Shown here: in pieces, positions 38,591 to 49,149 of the stretch | How positions within the stretch are numbered: position 1 is the stretch's first letter | How the letters are laid out: every line of letters starts with the position of its first letter | DNA from: Candidatus Aminicenantes bacterium | Lineage (GTDB): Bacteria > Acidobacteriota > Aminicenantia > Aminicenantales > Saccharicenantaceae | DNA: 64,000 bases | Direction: 5' to 3' | Assembly (NCBI GenBank): GCA_963807525.1 | Contig: CAWECI010000030.1 | Coordinates: 33,673 to 97,672, forward strand | Notes under the pieces: generated by a model | Told to the model about the DNA's origin: nothing | Databases searched by the model: none | Seen by the model: only the letters and a program-made list of their open reading frames with translations | Translations under genes and position numbers: made by a program

Positions 38591-40182
38591 CGCGCAGACT
38601 CCTTATGGCGGTTTTTTCGGGATGGGCGGCCGTGCCCGCCCCCTCCGGGTGTCTCGATCCTCAGACGATCTCCGGTCTCGAGCCGGACATTGGCCTTGGA
38701 GCCCAGGACCTTGATGCGGCCTCGGGAAAAGACCAGGTTGCGGCCCTTGGCCCCGGGGCCGCCGCCGCGCGCCCCATAGGGGGCGAACCGGCGCCTCTCG
38801 GAGATGACGGTCAGATCGACGGGAACACAGAACTCGTACTCCCGGACGATCCCGTCGCCGCCGCGGCGGGCGCCGCGCCCTCCCGACCCCTTCCGCAGAC
38901 CGTAGGCCCGGATCTTGAGCGGCAGATAGTTCTCGAGCGCCTCCACCGGCGTGTTGAGGGAGTTGGTCATGTGGGTATGGACCCCGCTCAGGCCGTCCGA
39001 CCTCGGGCCCGCCCCCATACCCCCGCCGATCGTCTCGTAATAGGCGAAGCGGCGATGCCGGCCCGGGTCCCAGCCCCCGAAGGCGATATTGTTCATCGTG
39101 CCCTGGCTGGCCGCCGGGATCCGGTCCGGCAGCGCCTTGGCCAGGGCGCCCAGGAGGATGTCGACGATGCGCTGCGACGTCTCGACGTTGCCTCCGGCGC
39201 AGGCGGCCGGGAATTCGGCGTTGACGATCGAGCCCCTGGGCGCGATGATCTCGAGCGGCCGCATCAGGCCGGTGTTGAAGGGGATGTCCTCCTGGACAAG
39301 GGCACGAAAGACGTAGAGGACGGCAGAGCAGGTGATGGCATAGTTGGCGTTGACGCCGCCAACGGTCTGGGGAGCCGAGCCGGTGAAATCGATGACAGCC
39401 CGGCTGCCGCGGATCCGGATGTTCACGGCGATGCGGATAGGCCGGCCGGCAATGCCGTCGTCGTCGAGAGCGTCCGCGAAGGCGTAGGAACCGTCGGGGA
39501 TGCCGCGGATCGTCTGCCTCAGGAATCTCTCGGCATAATCCTGGATCAGGCCGGCATAAAGCCGGACGCGGCCGGCGCCGAAACGTCCGACGGCCTCCTC
39601 GAGCCTGGACCGCCCGACCTCGTTGGCGGCCACCTGGGCCAGGAGGTCGCCGCGGCGCTCGTCGGGAGTGCGCACGTTGGCCAGCAGGAGATCGAAGACC
39701 TCCCCGTTCAGCCGGCCCCGCGCATAGAGCTTGAGCGGCGGGATGATCAGCCCTTCCTGGAAGAGCTCGGTCGCCAGCGGCATCGACCCCGGCGTCATGC
39801 CGCCGACGTCGGAGTGATGGGCCCGGTTGGCCACGAAGAAGGCCAGGCGGCCGCCGAGGAAGACGGGCGAGATGCAGGTGATGTCCGGCAGGTGCGTGCC
39901 GCCCCGGTAAGGATCATTGAGGACCACGAGATCGCCGGGCTCGAACGATACCGCAGCAAGCGCCGCCTGGACCGACAGGGGCATGGCCCCGAGATGGACC
40001 GGGATGTGAGATCCCTGGGCCAGGGTCCCGCCGGCATCGTCGAACAGGGCGCAGGAGAAATCCTTGCGCTCCTTGATGTTGGGCGAGAGGGCGGTCCGGC
40101 CCAGCACGGCGGCCATCTCTTCGGAAATGGCCACGAAGACGTTCTTGAAGAGCTCGAGCTCGATCGGATCGACCTTCCTCAT
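38587..40182 (-). CDS. Hydantoinase B / 5-oxoprolinase family subunit
   Basis: SPNIKERKDFSCA, HIPVHLG, NDPYRGGTHLPD, HHSDVGG, QGTMNN, YETIGGG, ETPGGGG. Confidence 0.92.
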   Translation of the reverse strand: MRKVDPIELELFKNVFVAISEEMAAVLGRTALSPNIKERKDFSCALFDDAGGTLAQGSHIPVHLGAMPLSVQAALAAVSFEPGDLVVLNDPYRGGTHLPDITCISPVFLGGRLAFFVANRAHHSDVGGMTPGSMPLATELFQEGLIIPPLKLYARGRLNGEVFDLLLANVRTPDERRGDLLAQVAANEVGRSRLEEAVGRFGAGRVRLYAGLIQDYAERFLRQTIRGIPDGSYAFADALDDDGIAGRPIRIAVNIRIRGSRAVIDFTGSAPQTVGGVNANYAITCSAVLYVFRALVQEDIPFNTGLMRPLEIIAPRGSIVNAEFPAACAGGNVETSQRIVDILLGALAKALPDRIPAASQGTMNNIAFGGWDPGRHRRFAYYETIGGGMGAGPRSDGLSGVHTHMTNSLNTPVEALENYLPLKIRAYGLRKGSGGRGARRGGDGIVREYEFCVPVDLTVISERRRFAPYGARGGGPGAKGRNLVFSRGRIKVLGSKANVRLETGDRLRIETPGGGGHGRPSRKNRHKESAR

Positions 40183-42200
40183 CGGGACGCCGCCTTGCGG
40201 ATGACGAGGTTCAGGAAAGGGTCGACGACGGCGCCGATGCCGGGGGGAAGATAGGCCGTCGATTCCGGATCGATGATCAGGGCCGGCCCGGCGAGCCTGT
40301 TCCCGGGACCGAGCCTGGACCGGTCGTAGACCCGGCCCGCGCGGAAAGCCCTGCCCGTGTGGATCCTCTGTGTTTTTACGACCGCCCGGGGATCCAGCGA
40401 GGCGACGCGCGGGGCGCGTTCGAGCGGGAGCTTCGGGGTGACGGCCACCGCCTTGACGCGCAGGTTGACGATCTCGACGGGACGGCCGTCATGACGGTAG
40501 GAATAGAGCTTCTTATGGCGGCTGTGGAAGGCCTCGAGGAAAGCCTGGGCCGGCGTCGAGGCCCGCCGATAAGGGACCTCGATCTCATAGGACTGACCGA
40601 AATAGCGGCAGTCGAGCGACCGCTCGAGGACGAGGTCCGAAGCGCCGAAGCCGTCCTCGGCCATGTCCCGGCTGGCCTTGTCCTCGAGCCCCCGAAACCC
40701 CTTTTCGAGCCCGGGGAGGCCGATCTCGGCATCCGTCCGCATCAGGGACCGGGTGAAGTCCTTGACCGGATCGGACATGAGCAGACCGAAGGCCGAGAGG
40801 ACGCCGGCATGGCGCGGCACCAGGACCGCCGGCATGCCCAGGTGAGCGGCCATCTCGACGGCGTGCATGCCTCCCGCGCCGCCGAACGAAAGCAGGGCGA
40901 AACGGCGGGGATCGATGCCGCGTTCGACCGAGATGACCCGGATGGCCTTTTCCATGTTGGCGTTGGCGATGGCCACGATGCCGAGAGCCGTCTCGGTCGG
41001 GGACTTGCCGATGGCCCGCCCCAGCCGCGAGACGGCGTCGAGGCTGCGCCCGGGTTGGATCCGCATGCGCCCGCCCAGGAAGAAGTCGGGATCGAGACGG
41101 CCGAGGCACAGATCGGCGTCCGTCACGGTCGGCAGGTCGCCTTGGCCGTAACAGGCCGGACCGGGGTCCGCCCCCGCGCTCTGAGGACCGACCCGGAACG
41201 AGCCGCCCCGGTCGGTGGTGGCGATCGAGCCTCCGCCGGCCCCGACCGAGTGGATATCGATGATGGGCAGGCGGATGGGAAAGTCGCCCACCCGGCTCTC
41301 ATGGGTCCGGCGGATGCCGCCTTCGACGAGGGAAACATCGGTGGATGTGCCGCCCATATCGAAGCTGACGATGTTGGCGAACCCCGCGGCTCGGGCGATG
41401 GCCCGCGCCCCGACGACGCCTCCGGCCGGGCCGGATAGGGCCGTCCGGATGGGCTCGACCCGGGCCCGGTCCGGCGAGAGGTAGCCCTCGTTGGATTGCA
41501 TGATGCGCAGCTCGGCCCGGCCGATGCGCCGGTCGAGCTCGCCGATGTAGCGGTCCATGACCGGCATCAGATAAGCATTGACGGCGGTCGTCGAGGTGCG
41601 CTCGAACTCGCGGTGCTCGGGCAAGAGCCGGCTGGAGATCGTGAAGAGCAGCCCGGACCTCTCGAGCTCATTGGCCACCGCCTCTTCATTACGGGGATTG
41701 GCATAAGAATGGAGCAGGCAAACGGCGACGGCCTCGGCGCCGGACTTCTCGATCTTCCGGATGACCGAGCGGACTTCGGCGCGGTCGACCGGCCTCTCTA
41801 TCCGTCCTGAAGCCAGCGTTCTCTCCCGCAGCCCGAAGCGGCGGCCGGCGGGAATGAGCTCGAACCGGCTCTCCGGCTCGAGCCCATAAAGCTCGCGGCG
41901 GGTCTGCCGGCCTATCGCCAGGACGTCCTCGAATCCGGCCGTGGTGATCAGGGCGATGCGACCGCCTTTCTGCTGCAGGAGCGCGTTCGTGGCCACGGTC
42001 GTGCCGTGGATGATGAAGAGTCCCAGGGAAACGTCCAACAGATCGCCGAGACCTTCGATAATGGCCAGGGAGGGATCCCGGGGGGTCGAGAGGACCTTGC
42101 GGTTGGAGAGACGGCCGCCCTTCCAGACGACGAAGTCGGTGAAGGTACCGCCGGTGTCCACGCCGATGCGGCAGATGGCGGACTTTAAGCGGCGTTCCAT
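40179..42200 (-). CDS. Hydantoinase A / 5-oxoprolinase family subunit (ATP-binding)
   Basis: GVDTGGTFTD, HGTTVATNA, SGPAGG, DMGGTSTDVS, GAGGGS, SAGADPGPACY. Confidence 0.92.
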   Translation of the reverse strand: MERRLKSAICRIGVDTGGTFTDFVVWKGGRLSNRKVLSTPRDPSLAIIEGLGDLLDVSLGLFIIHGTTVATNALLQQKGGRIALITTAGFEDVLAIGRQTRRELYGLEPESRFELIPAGRRFGLRERTLASGRIERPVDRAEVRSVIRKIEKSGAEAVAVCLLHSYANPRNEEAVANELERSGLLFTISSRLLPEHREFERTSTTAVNAYLMPVMDRYIGELDRRIGRAELRIMQSNEGYLSPDRARVEPIRTALSGPAGGVVGARAIARAAGFANIVSFDMGGTSTDVSLVEGGIRRTHESRVGDFPIRLPIIDIHSVGAGGGSIATTDRGGSFRVGPQSAGADPGPACYGQGDLPTVTDADLCLGRLDPDFFLGGRMRIQPGRSLDAVSRLGRAIGKSPTETALGIVAIANANMEKAIRVISVERGIDPRRFALLSFGGAGGMHAVEMAAHLGMPAVLVPRHAGVLSAFGLLMSDPVKDFTRSLMRTDAEIGLPGLEKGFRGLEDKASRDMAEDGFGASDLVLERSLDCRYFGQSYEIEVPYRRASTPAQAFLEAFHSRHKKLYSYRHDGRPVEIVNLRVKAVAVTPKLPLERAPRVASLDPRAVVKTQRIHTGRAFRAGRVYDRSRLGPGNRLAGPALIIDPESTAYLPPGIGAVVDPFLNLVIRKAASR

Positions 42201-42245
42201 GGGCGGACGCCTATTTAAGCGTCAATAGAGAGATGAAGTCAAGAA

Positions 42246-42281
42246 AAAGAGGGACAGTCCCTCTGGGGACAGTCCCTCTTT
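42246..42281. repeat. REP-like doubled palindrome GGGACAGTCCC
   Basis: AAAGAGGGACAGTCCC-TCTG-GGGACAGTCCCTCTTT; near-identical element at 62718-62759. Confidence 0.7.
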
Positions 42282-42285
42282 GTCC

Positions 42286-42507
42286 TTAATGGCAGGTGCT
42301 GCAGGACTTGGACGAGCAACTGGTGCAACTCGAGGACGAGGAGGCCTTGAGGCGGCTCGAGCCGCCGCCGATACCGAAGCCCGAGATCATCTTCCGGACG
42401 TCGGCCGCGCCGCACTCGGCGCAAACGACGTCCTTTTCTTTGCCTACGGCCACGAGGCACTCGAACCTCTTGCCGCACTTCTGGCACGCAAACTCATAGA
42501 GTGGCAT
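42286..42507 (-). CDS. FmdB family zinc-ribbon protein
   Basis: MPLYEFACQKCG..FE, CAECG, Cys-rich tail; GGAGG RBS. Confidence 0.88.
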   Translation of the reverse strand: MPLYEFACQKCGKRFECLVAVGKEKDVVCAECGAADVRKMISGFGIGGGSSRLKASSSSSCTSCSSKSCSTCH

Positions 42508-42614
42508 TTCCTCCCTATTTTACACCAGCCTCTCGTCCTGGTCTATAAGGCTTCCGGCTCCCGTGCCTCATCCCCATCAATTGAGGCATGCTCGAGGCAA
42601 ACAGACTGGCGTGA

Positions 42615-42777
42615 GGCCGCCGTAGTGAGGCTGAGGGGTTTCATCGGAGTGAGCATAAAGCGGTGATTTAGGCTTCATCGCGGCTGAGACGCGGCGCTCT
42701 TAACTCGGCTCAGAAGCGTGAAGCCGTGAAGAATCACCGCAGCGAGCGGAGATGAACCCCGAGGCCTCTCGGCGGCC
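42615..42777 (+). repeat. Structured rod-like intergenic element, copy 2
   Basis: Homologous to 6268-6433 with the same nested stems. Confidence 0.85.
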
Positions 42778-42827
42778 GGGCGAGCGCTAAGTCGGAGAGA
42801 GGGGCTTGCCCGGAATGGGGCGGCCCC

Positions 42828-43295
42828 CTACTTGACGAGAGCGATCGCTTCGATCTCTACCTTGACGTCGCGCGGCAGCCGGGCCACCTGGACGGCCGCC
42901 CGGGCCGGGTTCGGGGCTTTGAAGAACTCGGCGTAGACCGCGTTCATCTTGCCGAAGTCGTTCATGTCCTGCAGGAACACGGTCACCTTGACCGCCTCGT
43001 CGAGCGACGAGCCGGCCGCCTCGAGCACGGCCGAGACGTTCTTGAGGACCTGGCGGGTCTGCTCCTCGATCGTGCCGGTATTGAGGTCGCCCGTGGCCGG
43101 GTCGATCGGGATCTGGCCCGAGCAGAACACGAACCCGTTGGCGATGATGCCTTGGGAATAAGGGCCGATGGCCTTGGGCGCCTTGTCGGTTTGCACTTGC
43201 TTCTTCATGGTTTTGCTCCTTGCGAGGCCGGCCCGGGCGCGCGAGGCGAAAGCTGCCGCGAGCCCGAGCATGGCGATGAATCGGCGTCTGGTCAT
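42828..43295 (-). CDS. ridA: RidA/YjgF enamine deaminase with an in-frame Tat-like leader; internal start at 43208
   Basis: [36 protein letters not shown]. Confidence 0.9.
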   Translation of the reverse strand: MTRRRFIAMLGLAAAFASRARAGLARSKTMKKQVQTDKAPKAIGPYSQGIIANGFVFCSGQIPIDPATGDLNTGTIEEQTRQVLKNVSAVLEAAGSSLDEAVKVTVFLQDMNDFGKMNAVYAEFFKAPNPARAAVQVARLPRDVKVEIEAIALVK

Positions 43296-43308
43296 GCCGT
43301 TACCTATG

Positions 43309-43372
43309 AAATGGGGACGCTTCTATTTTCTAAATTCATGAATGAATAAATAAAATAGAAACGTCCCCATTT
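43309..43372. repeat. AT-rich inverted repeat (REP-like; possible terminator)
   Basis: AAATGGGGACG(C)TTCTATTTT ... AAAATAGAA(A)CGTCCCCATTT, 21 bp with one mismatch. Confidence 0.7.
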
Positions 43373-43375
43373 TTT

Positions 43376-44831
43376 TCAGGACGAAAGACCGTCGATGGCG
43401 GCCGTGAGGAATTGCCAGAACTTCTCGACCGCGCCGATGTGAACGTGCTCCTCCGGCGAGTGCGGGTTCTTCAGCGTCGGCCCGAAGGAGATCATGTCCA
43501 TGCCCGGGAACTTCTCGCCGATGATGCCGCATTCGAGGCCGGCATGAATGGCCTCGACTTTGGCCTCCTTGCCGAAGGACTTGAGGTAGAGCTCCTTCAG
43601 CTTCTTGAGCAGCGGCGAGTCCAGGTTCGGCATCCAGCCAGGATAGCCGTCGTGAAGCTCGGCCTTGGCTCCGGCCAGGTCGCAGACGGATTTGATGACG
43701 TCGCGCGTCGCTTCGAGGGCCGAGGCGACGGAGCTGCGGCTGCTGCACAGGACCTCGAAGCTCGACCTGGCGGTCTTGACGATAGCCAGGTTCGTCGAGG
43801 TCTCGACGAGGCCCGCGATCTCGGGATGCATGGCGATGACGCCGTGCGGCAGGGCCAGCAGGAAATCGATGAGGGTTTTCTGGCAGCCCTGGGTCATGGC
43901 CACGTCCCGGCCGGCCACGGCCTCCAGGGTGTAGGCCGCGCCAGGTTCAACGGCCTTGTATTCGACCCTGATCTTATCGAAGGCCTTCTTGAGCGCCGTG
44001 GTCAGGGACCGGACCTGCACCGGCGGGCAGGCCAGCAGGGCCACGGCCTCGCGCGGGATGGCGTTGCGCTTGTTGCCGCCCTCGACGCTGACGAGCTCGA
44101 ACTTGGCCGAGGCCTGGGCCTGGCCGAGCATCCGGGCCAGGAGCTTGATGGCGTTGCCCCGGCCCTGGTTGATGTCGATGCCGGAATGGCCGCCGCGGAA
44201 GCCGCGGACCTGGAGCTTATAAAGGTTCTTTGAGGCCGCCTTCTTGCGCTCAAGCGGCAGGGCGAGCGTCGCGTCGGCCCCGCCGGCGCAGCCGATGGTG
44301 AAGGCCCCCTCCTCCTCGCTGTCGAGGTTGAGGAGCATCTTGCCCGCGAGAAAGCCCTTCTGGATCTTGTTGGCCCCGGTCAGGCCGGTCTCCTCGTCGA
44401 CCGTGAACAGGAACTCGAGCGGGCCGTGGACGAGGGACTTGTCCTCCATGACGGCCAGGGCGGCCGCGAGGCCGATGCCGTTGTCGGCGCCGAGCGTCGT
44501 GCCCTGGGCATGGACCCACTCGCCCTTGATCTCGGGCTGGATCGGGTCCTTGGAGAAGTCGTGGGCCACGTCCGAGTTCTTCTCGCAGACCATATCGAGG
44601 TGGCCCTGGAGGATGGCGCCCGACCGCGCCTTCGCGCCCGGCCGTGGCCGGCTTGCTGACGAGGACGTTGCCGACCCGGTCACGCTTGGCGGGCAAGCCC
44701 AGGGACGCCGCGACGGAGAGGACGTAATCCCCGAGGGGTTTCTCGTTCCCCGAGCAATGGGGGATGGTCAGGATCTTGGCGAAATGCTTCCAGAGAAGAC
44801 TGGGTTTTAGATCTTGGAGCGACGAGGCCAT
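43376..44831 (-). CDS. pepD: Aminoacyl-histidine dipeptidase (M20C); frameshift near 44620-44650
   Basis: IPHCSGNE, LQGHLDMVCEK, TTLGADNGIG, DEETGL, NLDSEE, GGHSG, HAGLECG, HSPEE across two frames. Confidence 0.92.
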
Positions 44832-44925
44832 GGCATTCTCCTTATATGACGGGGTTCGCCGAGACCGGCATGATGACATAAAAATCCGGTGGATTCAAGC
44901 CGGCCCCGAGGGTATAATCAGAGAG

Positions 44926-45864
44926 ATGAGAGCCTTTATTCGCCGCGCCTCCGGCCGCCTGTTGCTCTTGGCGCTGGCTTCCTCTTGGGGTTGCGGCTCG
45001 CCCGGCCTCGGCCGCGCCGGCCAGGATCCGGATCCTGACGACGGTCTTCCCCCTCAGCAGTTCGCCGCGGCCGTGGCCGGCGACAGGGGAGAGGCCGACC
45101 CTCTTACTGCCTCCCGGGGCCGGCGTCCATACCTGGCAGCCCCGGCCCGAAGACATCGTCCGGCTGTCCTCATGCGATCTTCTCATCTATATCGGTTCGG
45201 GGCTCGAGCCGTGGCTGCCGGACATGCTCAAGGCCTTCCCCAAAGGCCGGATCCGGACAATGGAAGCAGCGGCCGGACTGGCCGTCAGCCGACGCCGACG
45301 AGCCGGAGGCCGGGCACGAGCACGGTCCGGAAGGCCTTCGACCCGCATGTCTGGCTCGATTTCGGCATCGACCAGCGCATCGTCGACCGCATCGCCGCCG
45401 AGCTCACCCGGATCGATCCCGCCGGCGGGCCCACGTTCGCGGCCAACGCCGGGCGCTGAACGAGAGTCTTCGGGGGCTCGACGCGCGAATTCCGGACCGG
45501 CCTCTCCGGCTGCCGCGGCAAGACCATCGTCCTGGCCGGCCACGCCGCCTTCGGCTACCTGGCCCGCCGCTACGGGCTCGTGCAGATCGCCCTCTTCGGA
45601 TTGAGCCCGGACGCCCTGCCAAAGGCCAAGGACCTCATGAAGGTCGTCGATCTCTGCCGGGAGAAAGGGATCCGGACGGTCTATTTCGAGAATTCCGTGC
45701 CGCCCGACCTGTCCGTGACGCTGGCCAGGGAGATCGGCGGCCGGGTCCTGGTCCTCCGGGCCGGCCATAACCTGACCCGGGAAGAACAGGAGAGGAAGGT
45801 CGGCTTCTTCGACCTGATGAGGGACGATCTGGCCCAGCTCCGGGAAGGGCTGGGGTGCCGGTGA
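44926..45864 (+). CDS. znuA: Zn/Mn ABC transporter substrate-binding protein (multiple frameshifts)
   Basis: PPGAGVHTW, DPHVWLD, GHAAFGYLARRYGL and IRTVYFE fragments in shifting frames. Confidence 0.75.
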
Positions 45865-45868
45865 GACC

Positions 45869-46617
45869 ATGAGCCTGGCAGCGCTGCGCGGCGTCGCCTT
45901 CTCCTACAATGGCGACCCCCGTCCTGATCGACATCGATCTGACCATCCGAGGCAGGGGATTTCCTGGCCATCATCGGCCCCAACGGATCGGGCAAGACGA
46001 CCCTCGTCAAGATCATTCTCGGCCTTCTCCGGCCCTCGTCCGGCCAGGTCGAGATCATCGGCAAGTCCCCGGCCGAATTCACCGGTTGGGACCGATCGGC
46101 TATGTGCCCCAGAAAGCGACCCATATCGACCCGTTTTTCCCGGCCTCGGTCGAGGAGGTCGTCGGCATGGCCCTGCTCTCCGGACGGCGGTCCGGCGGAG
46201 CGTCCCCGCCCGCGAAGCGCGGGCCCGGGTGCGCCGGGCCCTGCGAGCTTGTCGGCATGGCCGAATTACGGCAAAGAGCCCATCGGCCAGCTCTCCGGCG
46301 GCCAGCAGCAGCGCGTCTTCATCGCCCGGGCCCTGGTCACGTCGCCGCGGGTCCTTTTCCTCGACGAGCCGACGACCGGCGTCGACGCGGAGACCCAGGC
46401 GGCCTTCTACGACATGCTCGACCGGCTGAACCGGAGCGAGGGCCTGACCATCGTCCTGGTCACTCACGACATCGGCATCGTCAACAAGCACGTCAACCGG
46501 GTCGCCTGCCTCAACCAGAGGCTCATCTACCACGGCGACCATGCCGGGTTCTGCCGCTCGGACGCGTTCCGGGACCTGATCGGCCACGGCGACCATCTGA
46601 TCTCCCACGAGCACTGA
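45869..46617 (+). CDS. znuC: Zn/Mn ABC transporter ATP-binding protein (frameshifted)
   Basis: [43 protein letters not shown]. Confidence 0.82.
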
Positions 46618-46625
46618 GCCCGCCG

Positions 46626-47454
46626 ATGCACGCCCTCCTCGCTTACGGGTTCCTCCAGCGGGCCCTCCTGGCCGGGATCTTCATCGCCGTCGCCTGCGCC
46701 GTTCTCGGCGTTTTCCTTGTCCTGCGCAAGGACGCCATGATCGGGCACGGGCTGTCGCACATCGCGTTCGCCGGCGTGGCCCTGGGCCTGTTCTTGAACG
46801 TGCTGCCCTTGATCGCGGCGCTGGTCGTCTCCGTCGCAGGGGCCTTGGCCGTCGTGCAAGCTCAAGGGCCGGGCCGGCCTTCACGGCGACACGGCCATCG
46901 GGATCTTCAGCAGCTTGGGGCTGGCCCTGGGGATCCTGCTGGCGTCCCTGGCCCGCAGCTTCAACGTCGACCTGATGGCGTATCTCTTCGGCGACATCCT
47001 GGCCATCGAGCCGGTCGAGGTCTGGCTTTCGGTCGGCTTGGCCGCGGCCGTCCTTGTCGCCGTCTGGTTGAATTACGCCAAGCTGTTGTTCATGACCTTC
47101 GACCGGGAATCGGCCCGGGTCGCCGGGGTCAAGGTCGGCCGTCTGGATACGCTGCTGATGGTCTTGACGGCGGTCACGATCGTCCTGGGAATGAAGGTGG
47201 CGGGCATCCTGCTCGTGGCCGCCCTCATCGTGATACCCGGCCGCGGCGGGTCTTCAGGTGGCCAGGAGCTTTCGCACCGCCGTCCGGGCTTCCGCCGCGG
47301 CCGTCGCGATCGCTGCCGTCGCCGGCGGCCTGGCCGCGTCCGTGGCCCTCAATATCCCGGCCTCGGCGGCGATCGTCATCCTCTGCTTCATCGCCTTCGC
47401 GGGCGCCTCTTCGTGCTGAAACGGGGCCGGGGCGTGCCGCCGGCCGCGGAGTGA
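46626..47454 (+). CDS. znuB: Zn/Mn ABC transporter permease (frameshifted)
   Basis: FLQRALLAG, LGVFLVLR, LSHIAFAG, YLFGDIL, TFDRESAR, GILLVAALIVIP. Confidence 0.8.
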
Positions 47455-47459
47455 GCGGT

Positions 47460-49149
47460 CTACTTCGGCGCGGCCAGAGCCTTGGTCACCAGGTCCCGCA
47501 CGGCCCGGCCGTCCTTGTCGAGGTCCTTCCGTAGGCCCGCCGCGCGGCGACGCACCTGGTCGACGAACTTGGCGTCCTTGATCGCGCCGAGGTTGATGAG
47601 GACATTATAGTAGGCGCCTTCGCCGGCGGTCTGCGCGGCCAGCCCGCCGACACCCGCGTCGCTCAGGGAGTTCTTGTTGCCCTTGGCCGCGGCCGTTTTG
47701 GCCAGGCGGGCCGCTTCGACGGCCTTCTCCAGGACCTCGAGCGGCACCGAGCGTGGCTTCTTTGTTCGCCGCCTCGACGGCCCGCTCTTTGTCCTCGGCC
47801 TGCTCCGGGGTCGTTTTGGGCAGCCGGAAGGCCTCCATGACCTTGTTGAAGGCCTTGGTGTCGCGGTCGACGGCGTCGAGCAGGAAGTCCTTGAGCGCCT
47901 GGGCGCTTGACGGCCGAGTCCGCCATGTCGTCGTGGACCGCTTCGTAGCCCTTCTTGCCGACGGTCAGGTTCGAGACCATGGCGGCCAGGGCCGGCCGAC
48001 AGGGCGCCGCAGAGGGCGGCGACGCTGCCGCCGCCCGGGCGCGGGGGAATCCATGGACAGCTCGTCGGCGAAGTCCGCGCAGGCTCATGCCGACCGAGGG
48101 AGCCAGCCCGCGCTCACGGAACTGGTACTCGATGATCTTCTTGTCCGGGTCGAACGGCACGACGTCGCTGAGGCCCGAGGGAGCGGACGGCCATGCGGAT
48201 GAGCTCCTCTCGGGCACGCCGGGGCTCTTGCCCTGCTTTTCGAGATAATAGCGGCCGGCCATGAGCAGGGCCTCCTTGGGGATGAGGCCGACGAGCTCGC
48301 TGCCGGTGACCCGGAGCCCGAGCTTCCCGGCCAGGCGCAAGGCCTCGTCGAAGACCACGTGGACGGGGGACTTCTTATAGTTCGTGAAATTGACCGAGAT
48401 CTGGGCCACGCCGTAATCCTCGACATACCAGCCGACCGACTTGACCTCCTTGAACTTGCCCGGCGACCTTGACGGGTTTGCCCCGGGCGTCCTTGACCGG
48501 GTTGCCGTCCTTGTCGCGCTTGGCCCGGCCGCTTTCGCGCAGGCTCAGGGCGATCTCGTTGGCCAGCTTGCGGTCCCGGGTATTGAGGTTGATATTGTAG
48601 GCGATGAGGAACTCCCGGGCCCCGATGATCGTCGCGCCGGACCTGGGATTGAAGACGGGCTTTCCGAAATCCGGCGCCCAGGCGCGGGTCCTTGAGCTTC
48701 TCGGACAGGCCCTCGTATTCGCCGGCCCGGACCGTGGCCAGGTTCCGGCGCTCGGGCTTCCGGGCGGCCGCCTCGTAAAGATAGACCGGGATGCCCAGCT
48801 CCTCGGCGACCCGGCGGCCGAGCTCGGCGGCCAGCCGGACGCAATCCTCCATGGTCACGCCGGAAACGGGCACGAAGGGGCAGACGTCGGTCGCGCCCAT
48901 GCGCGGGTGAGCTCCCTTGTGCGCCCTCATATCGATGACCTCGGCAGCCTTGGCGATGGCCCGGAAAGCGGCTTCCGGACCGCGTCGGGCGGAGCCGATG
49001 AAAGTCACCACGGTCCGGTTGGTCGAGGCCCCGGGATCGACGTCCAGGAGCTTGACCCCGGGGACGGCCTCGATCTCGCCGGTGATGGCCCGGATCTTCT
49101 CCAGGTCCCGGCCTTCGCTGAAATTGGGAACGCATTCGACGAGCTTCAT
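47460..49149 (-). CDS. ftcD: Glutamate formiminotransferase-cyclodeaminase, fused (frameshifted)
   Basis: LVECVPNFSEGR, NRTVVT, HPRMGATDVCPFVP, GSELVGLIP; C-terminal GNKNSLSDAGVG, YNVLINL. Confidence 0.9.

Noticed and set aside
45450-45465. In-frame TGA in the znuA region as possible recoding (Sec)
   Set aside because: Lies in an indel-rich stretch and is explained by a frameshift; no SECIS or Cys-equivalent context
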